Source of the DNA: a virus
DNA length: 64,000 bases
Strand: one strand, 5' to 3'
IMG/VR virus record: IMGVR_UViG_3300030085_001980
The notes under the pieces were generated by a model, which was given only the letters and a program-made list of their open reading frames with translations, was not told the origin of the DNA and searched no databases. Positions 1 to 8,266 of this stretch are shown here, one piece after another (the stretch's first letter is position 1; each line of letters starts with the position of its first letter). The translations under genes and the position numbers were made by a program.

Positions 1-1260
1 TGCACCTGGTGTTAGATCAGGAGCATCAACAAACAATGTGGTCTTTTTAGTTACCCAAGCATCCTGACGGATCACATAGTTATAGTTGTGGTACGTTAGA
101 GTGGGCTCTGGCGGTGTACTGTCATCCCTGTAAGAAGTAGGAAGACACGGTGCATCAGTCTCAAAGAAGTTAATACCATAGATCGGTCCATTCCAGGGGT
201 ACGATGTGTCGTACAGGTAGAATACAAACTGACCTTCAAAGGCATCGTGAAAGTTGATTGAGCGGGGCACTGCTGCCTTCACAGCGCCGTTCTTTCCATA
301 AAACCACTCAAAGTATGCATCAGTGTCTAATAGGTCAACACTGTTGCCCCAACCACGAGAAGACGTAGCAGGCACACCATCTCTATCTTTCAGGTAATCC
401 ATAATGGTGTATGGTGTACCGTACGGTCTTCTATTACCGTTACTATCGTTATCTGATACCCAGTCATACCAACTTGATCTATTAACTAGACCAGTGCTCT
501 GTGGACCACCAATCTCCTCATACCGTGCAATGGCACGAGGACCTGGTGTAAGAGTTACGTACCCAATGATACCTTGATACCGATACTCTTCACCTCTTGG
601 GTCATTACAATCTGGTACACCAGATACACCAGTCTCCAGGTTATTTTCAACTACAGGATTGACCGTATAGAAGTCGTTAGGACCTCTTTTACTGTCTCCA
701 GGGTGTCTATAGTGGTAAAGGGGTCTTATCGCCTCTCCAGTGACCAGCAAACCGCTGCTGTTGGCGTTTGATTCACTGGTCCAGATATACCCCAGATTCT
801 CTCCACCACCATTACCAGTCTCTAGTTTGTGATTCTTCTCACTACTATTGTACACAGAGCGAAGACGCACTGTACCACTTACTGAATCTCTCAGTGTAGT
901 GAAGTACCTTGCGCCTCTCTGACGTGGTTCTCTATTGTATGACCTATGCTTATGTTCGTCTTCCTTGACTTCCTTGTTCTTACTATACAGGTGGTTCCTC
1001 AACTTACCTGAATAGAACCTAAAAATAGTTCTTCTTTCACTGGCGCAGAATGCTACGCAAGTCTCTTGTCTCTCGCCAATATAAAATACCTCATCCTTTC
1101 CAAACTTATACCCACCAGGACCATTGTCCTCGTACGTTATCTGGTATCCGTTTGGAACGTTAGCAGCATCTGCTTCTGCACCCGACCAAGTTTTATTATA
1201 ATCTTCGGAGTCAACGGGGTTCTCATAAGAGCGCCCCGTCTCCTGTACGTAAATTGCCAC
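1..1260 (-). CDS. Virion structural protein, 5' part (runs off window start); carries PLYHY..DFYT-type repeat
   Basis: Manual translation: GTG at 1260 overlaps the upstream TAG and the frame is open for 420 codons to the edge (MAIYVQETGRSYENPVDSEDY...IRPLYHYRHPGDSKRGPNDFYTVNP...). It is absent from the ORF track because it is partial. Confidence 0.8.
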   Translation of the reverse strand, partial: MAIYVQETGRSYENPVDSEDYNKTWSGAEADAANVPNGYQITYEDNGPGGYKFGKDEVFYIGERQETCVAFCASERRTIFRFYSGKLRNHLYSKNKEVKEDEHKHRSYNREPRQRGARYFTTLRDSVSGTVRLRSVYNSSEKNHKLETGNGGGENLGYIWTSESNANSSGLLVTGEAIRPLYHYRHPGDSKRGPNDFYTVNPVVENNLETGVSGVPDCNDPRGEEYRYQGIIGYVTLTPGPRAIARYEEIGGPQSTGLVNRSSWYDWVSDNDSNGNRRPYGTPYTIMDYLKDRDGVPATSSRGWGNSVDLLDTDAYFEWFYGKNGAVKAAVPRSINFHDAFEGQFVFYLYDTSYPWNGPIYGINFFETDAPCLPTSYRDDSTPPEPTLTYHNYNYVIRQDAWVTKKTTLFVDAPDLTPGA

Positions 1261-1529
1261 TAATCACTAGAGAGTTTCTCTTCGATTTTATTTAGTCGCT
1301 CAAACAGATTATCAAACAGTTTTGTCAGGTTACTGTAGTCAGTATCACCAGGGATTTTATACTGAATCATATCAGCACCGCGTGATAGCAGTTGTTCCAT
1401 TCTACCAACGCGCTGTGCAAGATTCGTACAAGTCTTGGCAATCATTTCAAATCGCCACTCGTTCTCTTCTTCTTTATTAGCAAAGTTGGGGATCTCTAGA
1501 TCCTGTGGGATTTCAAAGTCTTCAGACAT
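1260..1529 (-). CDS. Hypothetical protein (89 aa, coiled-coil)
   Basis: ORF track; abuts both neighbours. Confidence 0.75.
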   Translation of the reverse strand: MSEDFEIPQDLEIPNFANKEEENEWRFEMIAKTCTNLAQRVGRMEQLLSRGADMIQYKIPGDTDYSNLTKLFDNLFERLNKIEEKLSSD

Positions 1530-2143
1530 TAAAAATAATTGATGTTAAGGACAACACGGTACTTCTCGTTAGTAGTAGACGTACCGCTATGAGGGGTGTT
1601 CACAGGGAATTTTACCAGACGGTTGGCAACAGAGTCAACCCTTCCATTATGGAACTTGGTATATCCGTCATTACTATTAAGATAAAGGATAGCAGTCGTT
1701 GCTCCTTCAAACTCTTCACTACCATACTCACCACAATCAGTATGGAATGCATACTCTTGTAGACTATCCGTATGGTGATTCAGGTTTGCCTTAATACGGA
1801 TGAGCGCACGCGGTTGTAACAGGTTGATAATAGGCAATACGTACTCATACATCTGACTTAATGGTTGACCATTACCATACAGGTAGTTTACCATTTGCCA
1901 GTTGTAGATTTCTGCTGCTTGTAGTTCAGGATCAAACATCCGTGCTACGTGCATTACCTTCGCCTTATTCACAAACCAGGGAAAATCCTGACCCGTAAAT
2001 GCTTCAGAGATACGTTCAAACTCCTCAGGAGGTAAGAAGTTATCAATGATTTCTAGATTTGCCAATGGATCCATAGTCTTTAGAATAGTTACGACGCTCG
2101 CGGGGGCGCGGTTTTTGAGGCTAGTCAATAAAGCTCGATGCAT
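1529..2143 (-). CDS. 2OG-Fe(II) oxygenase
   Basis: HTD...HSG...RVVLNINY triad and co-substrate Arg pattern; start may be the downstream MDPLANL. Confidence 0.85.
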   Translation of the reverse strand: MHRALLTSLKNRAPASVVTILKTMDPLANLEIIDNFLPPEEFERISEAFTGQDFPWFVNKAKVMHVARMFDPELQAAEIYNWQMVNYLYGNGQPLSQMYEYVLPIINLLQPRALIRIKANLNHHTDSLQEYAFHTDCGEYGSEEFEGATTAILYLNSNDGYTKFHNGRVDSVANRLVKFPVNTPHSGTSTTNEKYRVVLNINYF

Positions 2144-2438
2144 TCAGTTTGGTTTGGATACTTCGCCATAGGTTCTGTACCTTGGTGAGTTCCTTGCCGC
2201 CCTGAACATCTGCTTTGTATATGAGACACCACTGTGCTGAGTTGCACAGTAGTTTGCGTTCCGCATCAGTGAGTGTGATAGTCCACTCAGTCGGTTTCTC
2301 TGTAGGGTCCATAGAGGTTAACACGTTGTGCGATTTTCTGCAGGATTGCATCGCACTCATCATAGCGATCTTTTTTGAATGGTCCAACCGTATTCGATTG
2401 GTAGTAACGAACTGCATTATATACAGTTTTGAGTTCAT
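2121..2438 (-). CDS. Hypothetical protein
   Basis: ORF track; likely start at MQFVTT. Confidence 0.6.
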   Translation of the reverse strand: MNSKLYIMQFVTTNRIRLDHSKKIAMMSAMQSCRKSHNVLTSMDPTEKPTEWTITLTDAERKLLCNSAQWCLIYKADVQGGKELTKVQNLWRSIQTKLNASSFID

Positions 2439-2452
2439 CAGTGGTGAGGAGT

Positions 2453-2614
2453 TTACTCATTAATTTTGCGAAGAATTACAGAATCATCTTGGACATCATA
2501 CTCTAGGGTGTCGCCATAGTCCCATCCTGCTTCATCTAACAGAGCATCTGGTAAAGTAATGAACAGATCTCCGTGTTCATCCTCCTCCACTGGAAGAATG
2601 TATCTTTGTGACAT
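2453..2614 (-). CDS. AbrB/MazE/SpoVT-like small DNA-binding protein (53 aa)
   Basis: Manual translation MSQRYILPVEEDEHGDLFITLPDALLDEAGWDYGDTLEYDVQDDSVILRKINE; ITLP..LL...GW..GD.LE......+ILRK swapped-hairpin pattern. Confidence 0.7.
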   Translation of the reverse strand: MSQRYILPVEEDEHGDLFITLPDALLDEAGWDYGDTLEYDVQDDSVILRKINE

Positions 2615-3057
2615 TAGACTTTACGAAGTACGTATCGTATATGTGGTATATAGGACTTTACGTACTCTAGACGTGAAACGTCGTTTGCTTTCTGATGTAA
2701 TAGAATACCTTCCCCTAGATAGATCGCAGCGTGCTTCAGACGCCCCCTAGAGGACGTTATATGGGGTTCTGAGGAGTCGAATGACATCACTAGGACATCA
2801 TACTTCTCCAACACAGACATATCGAATAATTCTTTTTCTTCTGACTCTACGACAGACTCCCACCCTTCGCCAGTCCACAGATCTCTTACGAAGTCTCGAA
2901 GGCGAAGTGAGTAGTCTTCCTTACACGTGTGATAACCTGTACTCTTGCCAAACTCGAAGAGCAGGTTGAAACATCCACCACCTCTCTGACCACCCCAAGG
3001 GCGACCTAGAAACTCACCGTACTCCTCAGAGTATTTTTCCATCAACTTGTCACTCAT
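2614..3057 (-). CDS. NlpC/P60-family peptidase
   Basis: GGCFNLL catalytic Cys region and HAAIYLGEGILLHQ His motif. Confidence 0.8.
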   Translation of the reverse strand: MSDKLMEKYSEEYGEFLGRPWGGQRGGGCFNLLFEFGKSTGYHTCKEDYSLRLRDFVRDLWTGEGWESVVESEEKELFDMSVLEKYDVLVMSFDSSEPHITSSRGRLKHAAIYLGEGILLHQKANDVSRLEYVKSYIPHIRYVLRKV

Positions 3058-3176
3058 AATTTTTCTCCGAGAATTTTTTTGTATATGGGGGGACCCAAAG
3101 TGCGATTTCGATAATATATGCTCCCCTATACTGTTGTAGGTTAGCAGAGGGGACCCTTTTTAATATGTCGAAAGTG

Positions 3177-3365
3177 TCAACAATCGTCCCCCACATTCAC
3201 AGAGTAGCAGAGCCCTTCGGTCACATAATAATCGATGAGTTGTTTATACTCAGTGTACCACGGTTCTTGTTCAGTGTCAACCAAATATTGCACCCACTCG
3301 ATGATCTCTTGAGGGGGCAGATTACCCTCCTCATAGAGTTCAGCGAAGATCGAATACTTCTTCAC
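3177..3365 (-). CDS. Hypothetical protein
   Basis: ORF track; overlaps upstream stop by 4 nt. Confidence 0.65.
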   Translation of the reverse strand: MKKYSIFAELYEEGNLPPQEIIEWVQYLVDTEQEPWYTEYKQLIDYYVTEGLCYSVNVGDDC

Positions 3366-3511
3366 GATTGTGTAGTGTAATCGAGGTCAATATCCCCATA
3401 GGATTGATCATCAAACTCTAGGTCCTCAAATATATCTTCCGAGGTATCTTCGAGCATTTGATCAATCCAATCGTCTGCTGTAGTTAGTGACATCAACTCC
3501 TCTTCGTTCAT
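3362..3511 (-). CDS. Small acidic hypothetical protein (49 aa)
   Basis: Manual translation MNEEELMSLTTADDWIDQMLEDTSEDIFEDLEFDDQSYGDIDLDYTTQS; GGAGG-like RBS; fills the gap between neighbours. Confidence 0.65.
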   Translation of the reverse strand: MNEEELMSLTTADDWIDQMLEDTSEDIFEDLEFDDQSYGDIDLDYTTQS

Positions 3512-3513
3512 TG

Positions 3514-3696
3514 TCAATAATCCTCCGAGTCTATTTGATAGTTTTTACCTTGACGGTTCTTGTTAGTTTGTGTGTCATCGAGAGTATCACTGTACGTGTC
3601 GCTCGATTTCTTTCTACTACCGTAAGCACGTTTCTCTCTCAAACTCTTAGGACGGTTTGATCTATAAACGTCGTTCCGTTTGTATGTACGACCCAT
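3514..3696 (-). CDS. Basic hypothetical protein typical of cyanomyoviruses
   Basis: MGRTYKRND...KSLREKR; first gene after the 3736-3764 promoter. Confidence 0.7.
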   Translation of the reverse strand: MGRTYKRNDVYRSNRPKSLREKRAYGSRKKSSDTYSDTLDDTQTNKNRQGKNYQIDSEDY

Positions 3697-3735
3697 TGAA
3701 ATGTGTTGGATAGGTGTTCTTCAGTGGACAACGGT

Positions 3736-3764
3736 AATATAGAAGATTTTTCAGAATTTGTCAA
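3736..3764 (-). promoter_or_regulatory. sigma70-type promoter
   Basis: TTGACA-17 nt-TATATT on the minus strand. Confidence 0.8.
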
Positions 3765-3861
3765 AGGTGTGTCAGAAACTGTTTCGTCCCTATGTGTTGA
3801 CAAACCCTCGCTCGTGTGCTAACGTCCTAAGGTTGCAACATCTAGGAGGTTTCTAACACTT

Positions 3862-3904
3862 TATTCCACAGTTTAGATATACTTTTCCACAAGGATGTGG
3901 AGAG
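3862..3904. promoter_or_regulatory. Cluster of DnaA-box-like 9-mers
   Basis: TATTCCACA 3862-3870, TTTTCCACA 3883-3891 and inverted TGTGGAGAG 3896-3904, followed by an AT-rich tract. Confidence 0.45.
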
Positions 3905-3944
3905 AGATAAAATACATAACTATGTTTTTTTAACCATTTATTTA

Positions 3945-4286
3945 TTACGGATTAAACCACCGTAAGTTACTATAATGGTCATTTAGTTTGTCTCCGTCGA
4001 TGTGTCTAACCTGTTGGTAATACTGGTCATTAGTTGATATAAAGGCGTCTGCACATAGACGCGCAATTCTTCTTACTACTGTCTTACCATTTTGTCTTAG
4101 TGTTACTCTCCTATAACCATTTTCGTTTAGATGTGTGTTTAACTCTCTCCACTTGCCATACTTTGTGGAAAACACATTGCCGTGTTCGTTGATAAAATAT
4201 TCTTCGTAATTAGGGATGGGTTTGTATAACGTACCGTCTTGATCTTTGTACGTTGTTTCATCTACTTTGGTGAATGAGTAAATCAT
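3945..4286 (-). CDS. NUMOD4/HNH homing-endonuclease-like protein
   Basis: YKPIPNYEEYFINEHGNVFS (NUMOD4-like) plus VRHIDGDKLNDHYSNLRW (HNH-like); start reassigned to the ATG at 4286, immediately after the upstream stop. Confidence 0.8.
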   Translation of the reverse strand: MIYSFTKVDETTYKDQDGTLYKPIPNYEEYFINEHGNVFSTKYGKWRELNTHLNENGYRRVTLRQNGKTVVRRIARLCADAFISTNDQYYQQVRHIDGDKLNDHYSNLRWFNP

Positions 4287-4287
4287 A

Positions 4288-4923
4288 TTAAAAAGGTGCA
4301 ATGTTGAAGGATAATGCAATTCTATTGCCGTGACCATTGTTCTCATATCCGTGTTGGATATTAGGGGGATGGATGATAACATCTCCTTCATTATGTGGGA
4401 TCTCTGCTTCTAGTTGATTGAAGGCATTTTGTCCAGTATAGTTCATCTGAAGCACAGGATAATGTGGCGAACCGATATAACGGCGAAACTTCATTATACT
4501 ATGCTTTTGAATATCGAAGTTGATGTAATATGTGCCCGAGTATATTACATTGCTGTGTTCGTGTGGTGCATACATTCCCCCTTCATTTGTCAATTCGATG
4601 TATGAATCAACAATGGAGATTTTATCGAGAGCATAATTGTAAGATGACTTATTTGCCTTGTGTACAGCATCAATAATCATCTCTTTAATTGGTGCTAATT
4701 GTGGCATCTCTAGTACGTTATCTGGACCGAGTTGAGTAATACCACGGGAGATATATGGGCGCGGTTCGTTCTTCACTTCCTGGAGTCCTTGAATATACTC
4801 CATCAGAATAGTTTTGTGCTCGATGTGATCTTTGTTGATATATCTTGCCACAGGAGTCATAAACAACCCGTACGCAGTTGCGTCAGAAATGTTTTCAAAA
4901 CCGTCGCTAAGTGTCACTTCCAT
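4288..4923 (-). CDS. 2OG-Fe(II) oxygenase (HxH-type, cyanophage family)
   Basis: HEHSNVIYSGTYYI...HPPNIQHG...RIALSFN. Confidence 0.85.
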   Translation of the reverse strand: MEVTLSDGFENISDATAYGLFMTPVARYINKDHIEHKTILMEYIQGLQEVKNEPRPYISRGITQLGPDNVLEMPQLAPIKEMIIDAVHKANKSSYNYALDKISIVDSYIELTNEGGMYAPHEHSNVIYSGTYYINFDIQKHSIMKFRRYIGSPHYPVLQMNYTGQNAFNQLEAEIPHNEGDVIIHPPNIQHGYENNGHGNRIALSFNIAPF

Positions 4924-4941
4924 AGTGTTAGATAAGACAAT

Positions 4942-4967
4942 AAAAAAGGAGGGGTTTTATACCCTCC
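4942..4967 (-). terminator. Rho-independent terminator
   Basis: GGAGGG-TATAAAA-CCCCTCC followed by T6 on the minus strand. Confidence 0.7.
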
Positions 4968-4996
4968 ATTATGTATCATTTTGCGTGATTTGTCAA
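4968..4996 (-). promoter_or_regulatory. sigma70-type promoter abutting terminator
   Basis: TTGACA-17 nt-CATAAT. Confidence 0.7.
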
Positions 4997-5089
4997 ATGT
5001 TTGTCAGAGGGTTGGTTATTAACAAACTTGAGACGGATAGGGCGAGAATTGATACGAATAGCGTTTGCAGTACGTTGTTCACGAGACAT
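4976..5089 (-). CDS. Small basic hypothetical protein (37 aa)
   Basis: Manual translation MSREQRTANAIRINSRPIRLKFVNNQPSDKHLTNHAK; starts 1 nt after the upstream stop. Confidence 0.5.
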   Translation of the reverse strand: MSREQRTANAIRINSRPIRLKFVNNQPSDKHLTNHAK

Positions 5090-5090
5090 T

Positions 5091-5222
5091 TCAAAGTTGA
5101 TCGAGTTGGCGTTGAATAGTGGCGTTGCGCTCATTGATAACATCGGACAAAGTTGAGTCCATTAGTTGAATACCAAGGTTTGCACCGAGGATAACAAAGA
5201 GAGCAACAAAGAAGATACGCAT
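5091..5222 (-). CDS. Small membrane-anchored protein (43 aa)
   Basis: Manual translation MRIFFVALFVILGANLGIQLMDSTLSDVINERNATIQRQLDQL. Confidence 0.65.
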   Translation of the reverse strand: MRIFFVALFVILGANLGIQLMDSTLSDVINERNATIQRQLDQL

Positions 5223-5254
5223 TTGTGTTAGTGAAGAAGGTGAACTTAGGGTTA

Positions 5255-5602
5255 TCAGGCGAAGATGTAACCGTTGTCAAATTCTTCAGTCACAAACTTA
5301 GATTGTCCGTTGATTGCGCCTGCAAACTTACGAACAAACCACTTATAGTTCTTCTGAAAAACACCTTCGCCATCAATACAAAACTCCTCGCAAAGTGCAT
5401 TAAGACGAGATTTTGTAGTGACAGTTTGCCAACCACCATCGAAGATTGTCATATCGTTGTCAGAAACCTCAGCAATTTTGTTGCCGTGGAGACGTACAAT
5501 AGAGACGCCAGATTCTTCGTTAAAGTGAACCGAAGTGTTGCCAGACTGCCAGTTGATGTTCTTCTGAACAGCGGCACACATTTGAGATTCGATCTTACGC
5601 AT
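5255..5602 (-). CDS. Early hypothetical protein common in cyanomyoviruses
   Basis: MRKIESQMCAAV...VRLHGNKIA...TTKSRLNAL; first gene after the promoter at 5667. Confidence 0.8.
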   Translation of the reverse strand: MRKIESQMCAAVQKNINWQSGNTSVHFNEESGVSIVRLHGNKIAEVSDNDMTIFDGGWQTVTTKSRLNALCEEFCIDGEGVFQKNYKWFVRKFAGAINGQSKFVTEEFDNGYIFA

Positions 5603-5666
5603 TTTGTGGTTGAAAGTGAAGTGAATTGGTGTCGGTTGGTTGGTTTCCCTCCCTCCCGATGTCTTT

Positions 5667-5724
5667 ATTATAGGGCGTCAGGAGCGCCTGTAAGGGGGTT
5701 CGGTGACAGTTTATGGACTGGCAC
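5667..5724 (-). promoter_or_regulatory. Early promoter 1: TATAAT plus upstream palindrome
   Basis: -10 TATAAT at 5667-5672; GTGACAGT-N6-ACTGGCAC at 5703-5724. Confidence 0.75.
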
Positions 5725-5736
5725 ACCCTAGAGGCG

Positions 5737-5949
5737 TTAATTGATACTTTTGAGCATATAATGGTAGTCAATATCTAACACAGGAAAACCGATCGCAGTT
5801 GTTATCTCCTCCACCAAATCTTCGCTGTCTGCTGCTTCCCAAACCGTGCACAATACTTCGTCGATAATATCTTGCTGCATTTGTGGTGATGCTTCAAAGT
5901 CATCATCTTTGAAGTCGATGTTAATTGCTTCAACGCGGAAAGTGTTCAT
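5737..5949 (-). CDS. Hypothetical protein (70 aa)
   Basis: Start reassigned to MNTFRVEAINIDF to remove the overlap with the neighbour. Confidence 0.7.
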   Translation of the reverse strand: MNTFRVEAINIDFKDDDFEASPQMQQDIIDEVLCTVWEAADSEDLVEEITTAIGFPVLDIDYHYMLKSIN

Positions 5950-5983
5950 AATAGTGCGGAGAATTGGTGTACGTTGCGCGGTA

Positions 5984-6211
5984 TCAACCGCCAAACATTT
6001 CATCGAAGAGGTTTTCAGACTCTTGCAATTCTGCGTGGCGATCAAGTTCATCACGAGCAGAAACCAACGCCGCTTGCTTCATCTTAATTTTGTTAAGTTC
6101 CTCGTTGATGTAATGCAAACGAGTGTTAATTTGACAGCGGTCCATACCATTCACGGTGGGCATATCGTAAGAAGTGCCGTTGATGATTCGTGGTTGCATA
6201 ATAACAGTCAT
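5984..6211 (-). CDS. Hypothetical coiled-coil protein (75 aa)
   Basis: Start reassigned to MTVIMQPRII. Confidence 0.65.
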   Translation of the reverse strand: MTVIMQPRIINGTSYDMPTVNGMDRCQINTRLHYINEELNKIKMKQAALVSARDELDRHAELQESENLFDEMFGG

Positions 6212-6240
6212 TGTGAAAAATTGAGTGAAGTTTGTGTTAA

Positions 6241-6477
6241 TCAGGCGTCGAGATCTTGAGCAGCGTCCCACATATCGTAGAACAGATCCCACGCGGGACC
6301 ATCAGCAACAAAGGAGGAACATTCTGCCTGATCGCATACCCAATCGTACGCCATATCGATGTCGGCGTTGTTATCGAGAATGAATTCGTGCAGTCCTTGG
6401 ATTGCACTAATGAAGGCAGGATCTTGAACGAGAGAGATATATTTTTTGCCTTGGTCGTTGGTCACTGTGATGGTCAT
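6241..6477 (-). CDS. Hypothetical protein
   Basis: Start MTITVT preceded by an AAAGGA RBS; AYDWVCDQA motif. Confidence 0.7.
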   Translation of the reverse strand: MTITVTNDQGKKYISLVQDPAFISAIQGLHEFILDNNADIDMAYDWVCDQAECSSFVADGPAWDLFYDMWDAAQDLDA

Positions 6478-6498
6478 TTGGTTTCCTTTGTTCATACC

Positions 6499-6559
6499 AG
6501 TATGATGGCACAGAATCAGGGCGTTTGGGGAGAATGGTGGACACTCTCCCGACTGTCAC
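6499..6559 (-). promoter_or_regulatory. Early promoter 2
   Basis: -10 CATACT at 6499-6504; GTGGACACT-N6-ACTGTCAC at 6537-6559. Confidence 0.7.
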
Positions 6560-6870
6560 TGCCAACCAGTCATTTCACTAGGTTCTGAGCGAGAATCTTC
6601 GATGTAGTTTGCATCATCTAGATATGCATTAATTTCATCGTCAGTGAGCGTACCCTCAGCAAATTGTCTGAACTCGTCATCATCTGCACCGTGATAGTTG
6701 TGCACTTCGTCACACAATTCATAGTCAGATAATTGTGCCATTCCATCAGTCAAGAGATCATAAACGAGTTGCTCCATTGTCTTATAGTCCATCCCTTCGA
6801 TCATCCTTTCGGCATAAGTTTCGATGAGATCTTGACGACGATCGGAGTTGATTTCGAGCACGGGAGACAT
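6556..6870 (-). CDS. Acidic hypothetical protein
   Basis: ORF track; likely start MSPVLEINS. Confidence 0.7.
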   Translation of the reverse strand: MSPVLEINSDRRQDLIETYAERMIEGMDYKTMEQLVYDLLTDGMAQLSDYELCDEVHNYHGADDDEFRQFAEGTLTDDEINAYLDDANYIEDSRSEPSEMTGWQ

Positions 6871-6911
6871 AGGATTAGGAGAGGAGAAAGGTACAAAAAC
6901 AGGGTGCATAT

Positions 6912-7106
6912 TCATTCGCCTACACCATAATCAGCATACAACCATTCAAATTTGGGTGCACTTTCAGGATCAACACCATCTACAACAAACTCACTGAAGA
7001 TTGCTGCTGCTGTTTCAAAATTATCGTTCTCAACGTGTTGTGCAATCATCTTGAGATATTGCTCCGTGAGGATGTCAATACCGATGTCAACATTGTCGTT
7101 TTTCAT
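6912..7106 (-). CDS. Hypothetical protein
   Basis: ORF track; likely start MKNDNVDIG. Confidence 0.6.
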   Translation of the reverse strand: MKNDNVDIGIDILTEQYLKMIAQHVENDNFETAAAIFSEFVVDGVDPESAPKFEWLYADYGVGE

Positions 7107-7200
7107 AATCAATGGGGAACGAATGTACGTTGGAAAAATGTTAGTAGTGGGGAGATCTCGCGGCAGGAGATACAATTACATAGACCCACTATGTGATAGT

Positions 7201-7467
7201 TTAGCAGTACAGGGGCATATACTCAGAGGAAGGCATTTTGTCAGTATTGAAACCAGTAACCTTAGCACCGTTTGCGATACGTTGGTTCCAATCATATTTT
7301 GCTTCGATGCCAAGAACTGTGCTGTAGGATTTCATACCATTAGCACGGAAAGTGACACGCTTAACGAAACGTTTGACCGTGACTTTCATACCTTTGGTGT
7401 CATCTGCCTCGGCAATAAATGCCTCAGGGAAATAATCAACAATGGTGGCGGAGTTGGTGACTTGCAT
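7201..7467 (-). CDS. Early hypothetical protein (88 aa)
   Basis: MQVTNSATIVDYFPEAFIAE... downstream of promoter 3 and an AAAGGA RBS. Confidence 0.75.
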   Translation of the reverse strand: MQVTNSATIVDYFPEAFIAEADDTKGMKVTVKRFVKRVTFRANGMKSYSTVLGIEAKYDWNQRIANGAKVTGFNTDKMPSSEYMPLYC

Positions 7468-7491
7468 TGGTTGCGTTCCTTTGACTCTTTT

Positions 7492-7549
7492 AATATACAC
7501 GGGATTGGTGCCCGTGGGGAGAATAGTGGACAGTTTGTGCAACTGGCAC
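7492..7549 (-). promoter_or_regulatory. Early promoter 3
   Basis: -10 TATATT at 7492-7497; GTGGACAGT-N7-ACTGGCAC at 7526-7549. Confidence 0.75.
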
Positions 7550-7552
7550 ACG

Positions 7553-7762
7553 TCAGACGATCTCAGTCCATTTTTTATGGTTTGCTTTGGTGATTCTCCC
7601 ATCTGCTAACAAGTTGTCACACACATTGCAGAAGACGTTAAACTTTTCTGTGCGGTCCAATGTATCAACGCCGTTGCAGGTCTTGATAACATCGAGGATC
7701 ATTTTCTTGGAGTGAACCATTTTGCTGTAGATGGGGAAAGTTGCAGTGGTCATTGTCATCAA
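7553..7762 (-). CDS. Hypothetical protein
   Basis: ORF track; FCNVCDNLLADGRIT...W motif. Confidence 0.7.
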   Translation of the reverse strand: MMTMTTATFPIYSKMVHSKKMILDVIKTCNGVDTLDRTEKFNVFCNVCDNLLADGRITKANHKKWTEIV

Positions 7763-8037
7763 ACGTACTGAAGTTTACCGACGAGAGTCTTAACCTCAAA
7801 ATTATTGTAGGCACCCATTGTGATCGTACGATCGTTAGGGAGGATGCTCAGATCTTCACGAACTTGCCAGAAGTTGTCTCCTTGAATGACAACAGCGAAC
7901 CCGAAACATCCAGGCACTGGCATCATAAACAAACCGTGCTTTTCTGCCTGCTTCGCTGATGCAAATCCACGAGCATTGATGGACCATTCTTTACCTTCAG
8001 AATCCTTACCGAAGTAGACACAAATGAAGTCAGTCAT
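7759..8037 (-). CDS. Hypothetical protein
   Basis: Start reassigned to MTDFICVYFG. Confidence 0.7.
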   Translation of the reverse strand: MTDFICVYFGKDSEGKEWSINARGFASAKQAEKHGLFMMPVPGCFGFAVVIQGDNFWQVREDLSILPNDRTITMGAYNNFEVKTLVGKLQYV

Positions 8038-8075
8038 TGTTGTTAATGAAGAGTGAAAAGTGTTGGTGTACGTTA

Positions 8076-8240
8076 TCAGAAAGGGCAGGTCCAAGTTTCA
8101 TATTGCTTCATCGTAATATAACCATCTCGGCACAACATATCGGTGTAAAGTCCCCAAGCATAACGCATTGCGGGTTTGTCGTTGAGACCTTCGGGGACAG
8201 ATACTGCCAGAAAGTTTGCTTTTGCTTCGCGTTTGGTCAT
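8076..8240 (-). CDS. Small hypothetical protein (54 aa), probably related to 7553-7762
   Basis: Manual translation MTKREAKANFLAVSVPEGLNDKPAMRYAWGLYTDMLCRDGYITMKQYETWTCPF; follows promoter 4 and an RBS. Confidence 0.75.
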   Translation of the reverse strand: MTKREAKANFLAVSVPEGLNDKPAMRYAWGLYTDMLCRDGYITMKQYETWTCPF

Positions 8241-8266
8241 TTGAGTGGTGTTCCTTTGACTCTTTT

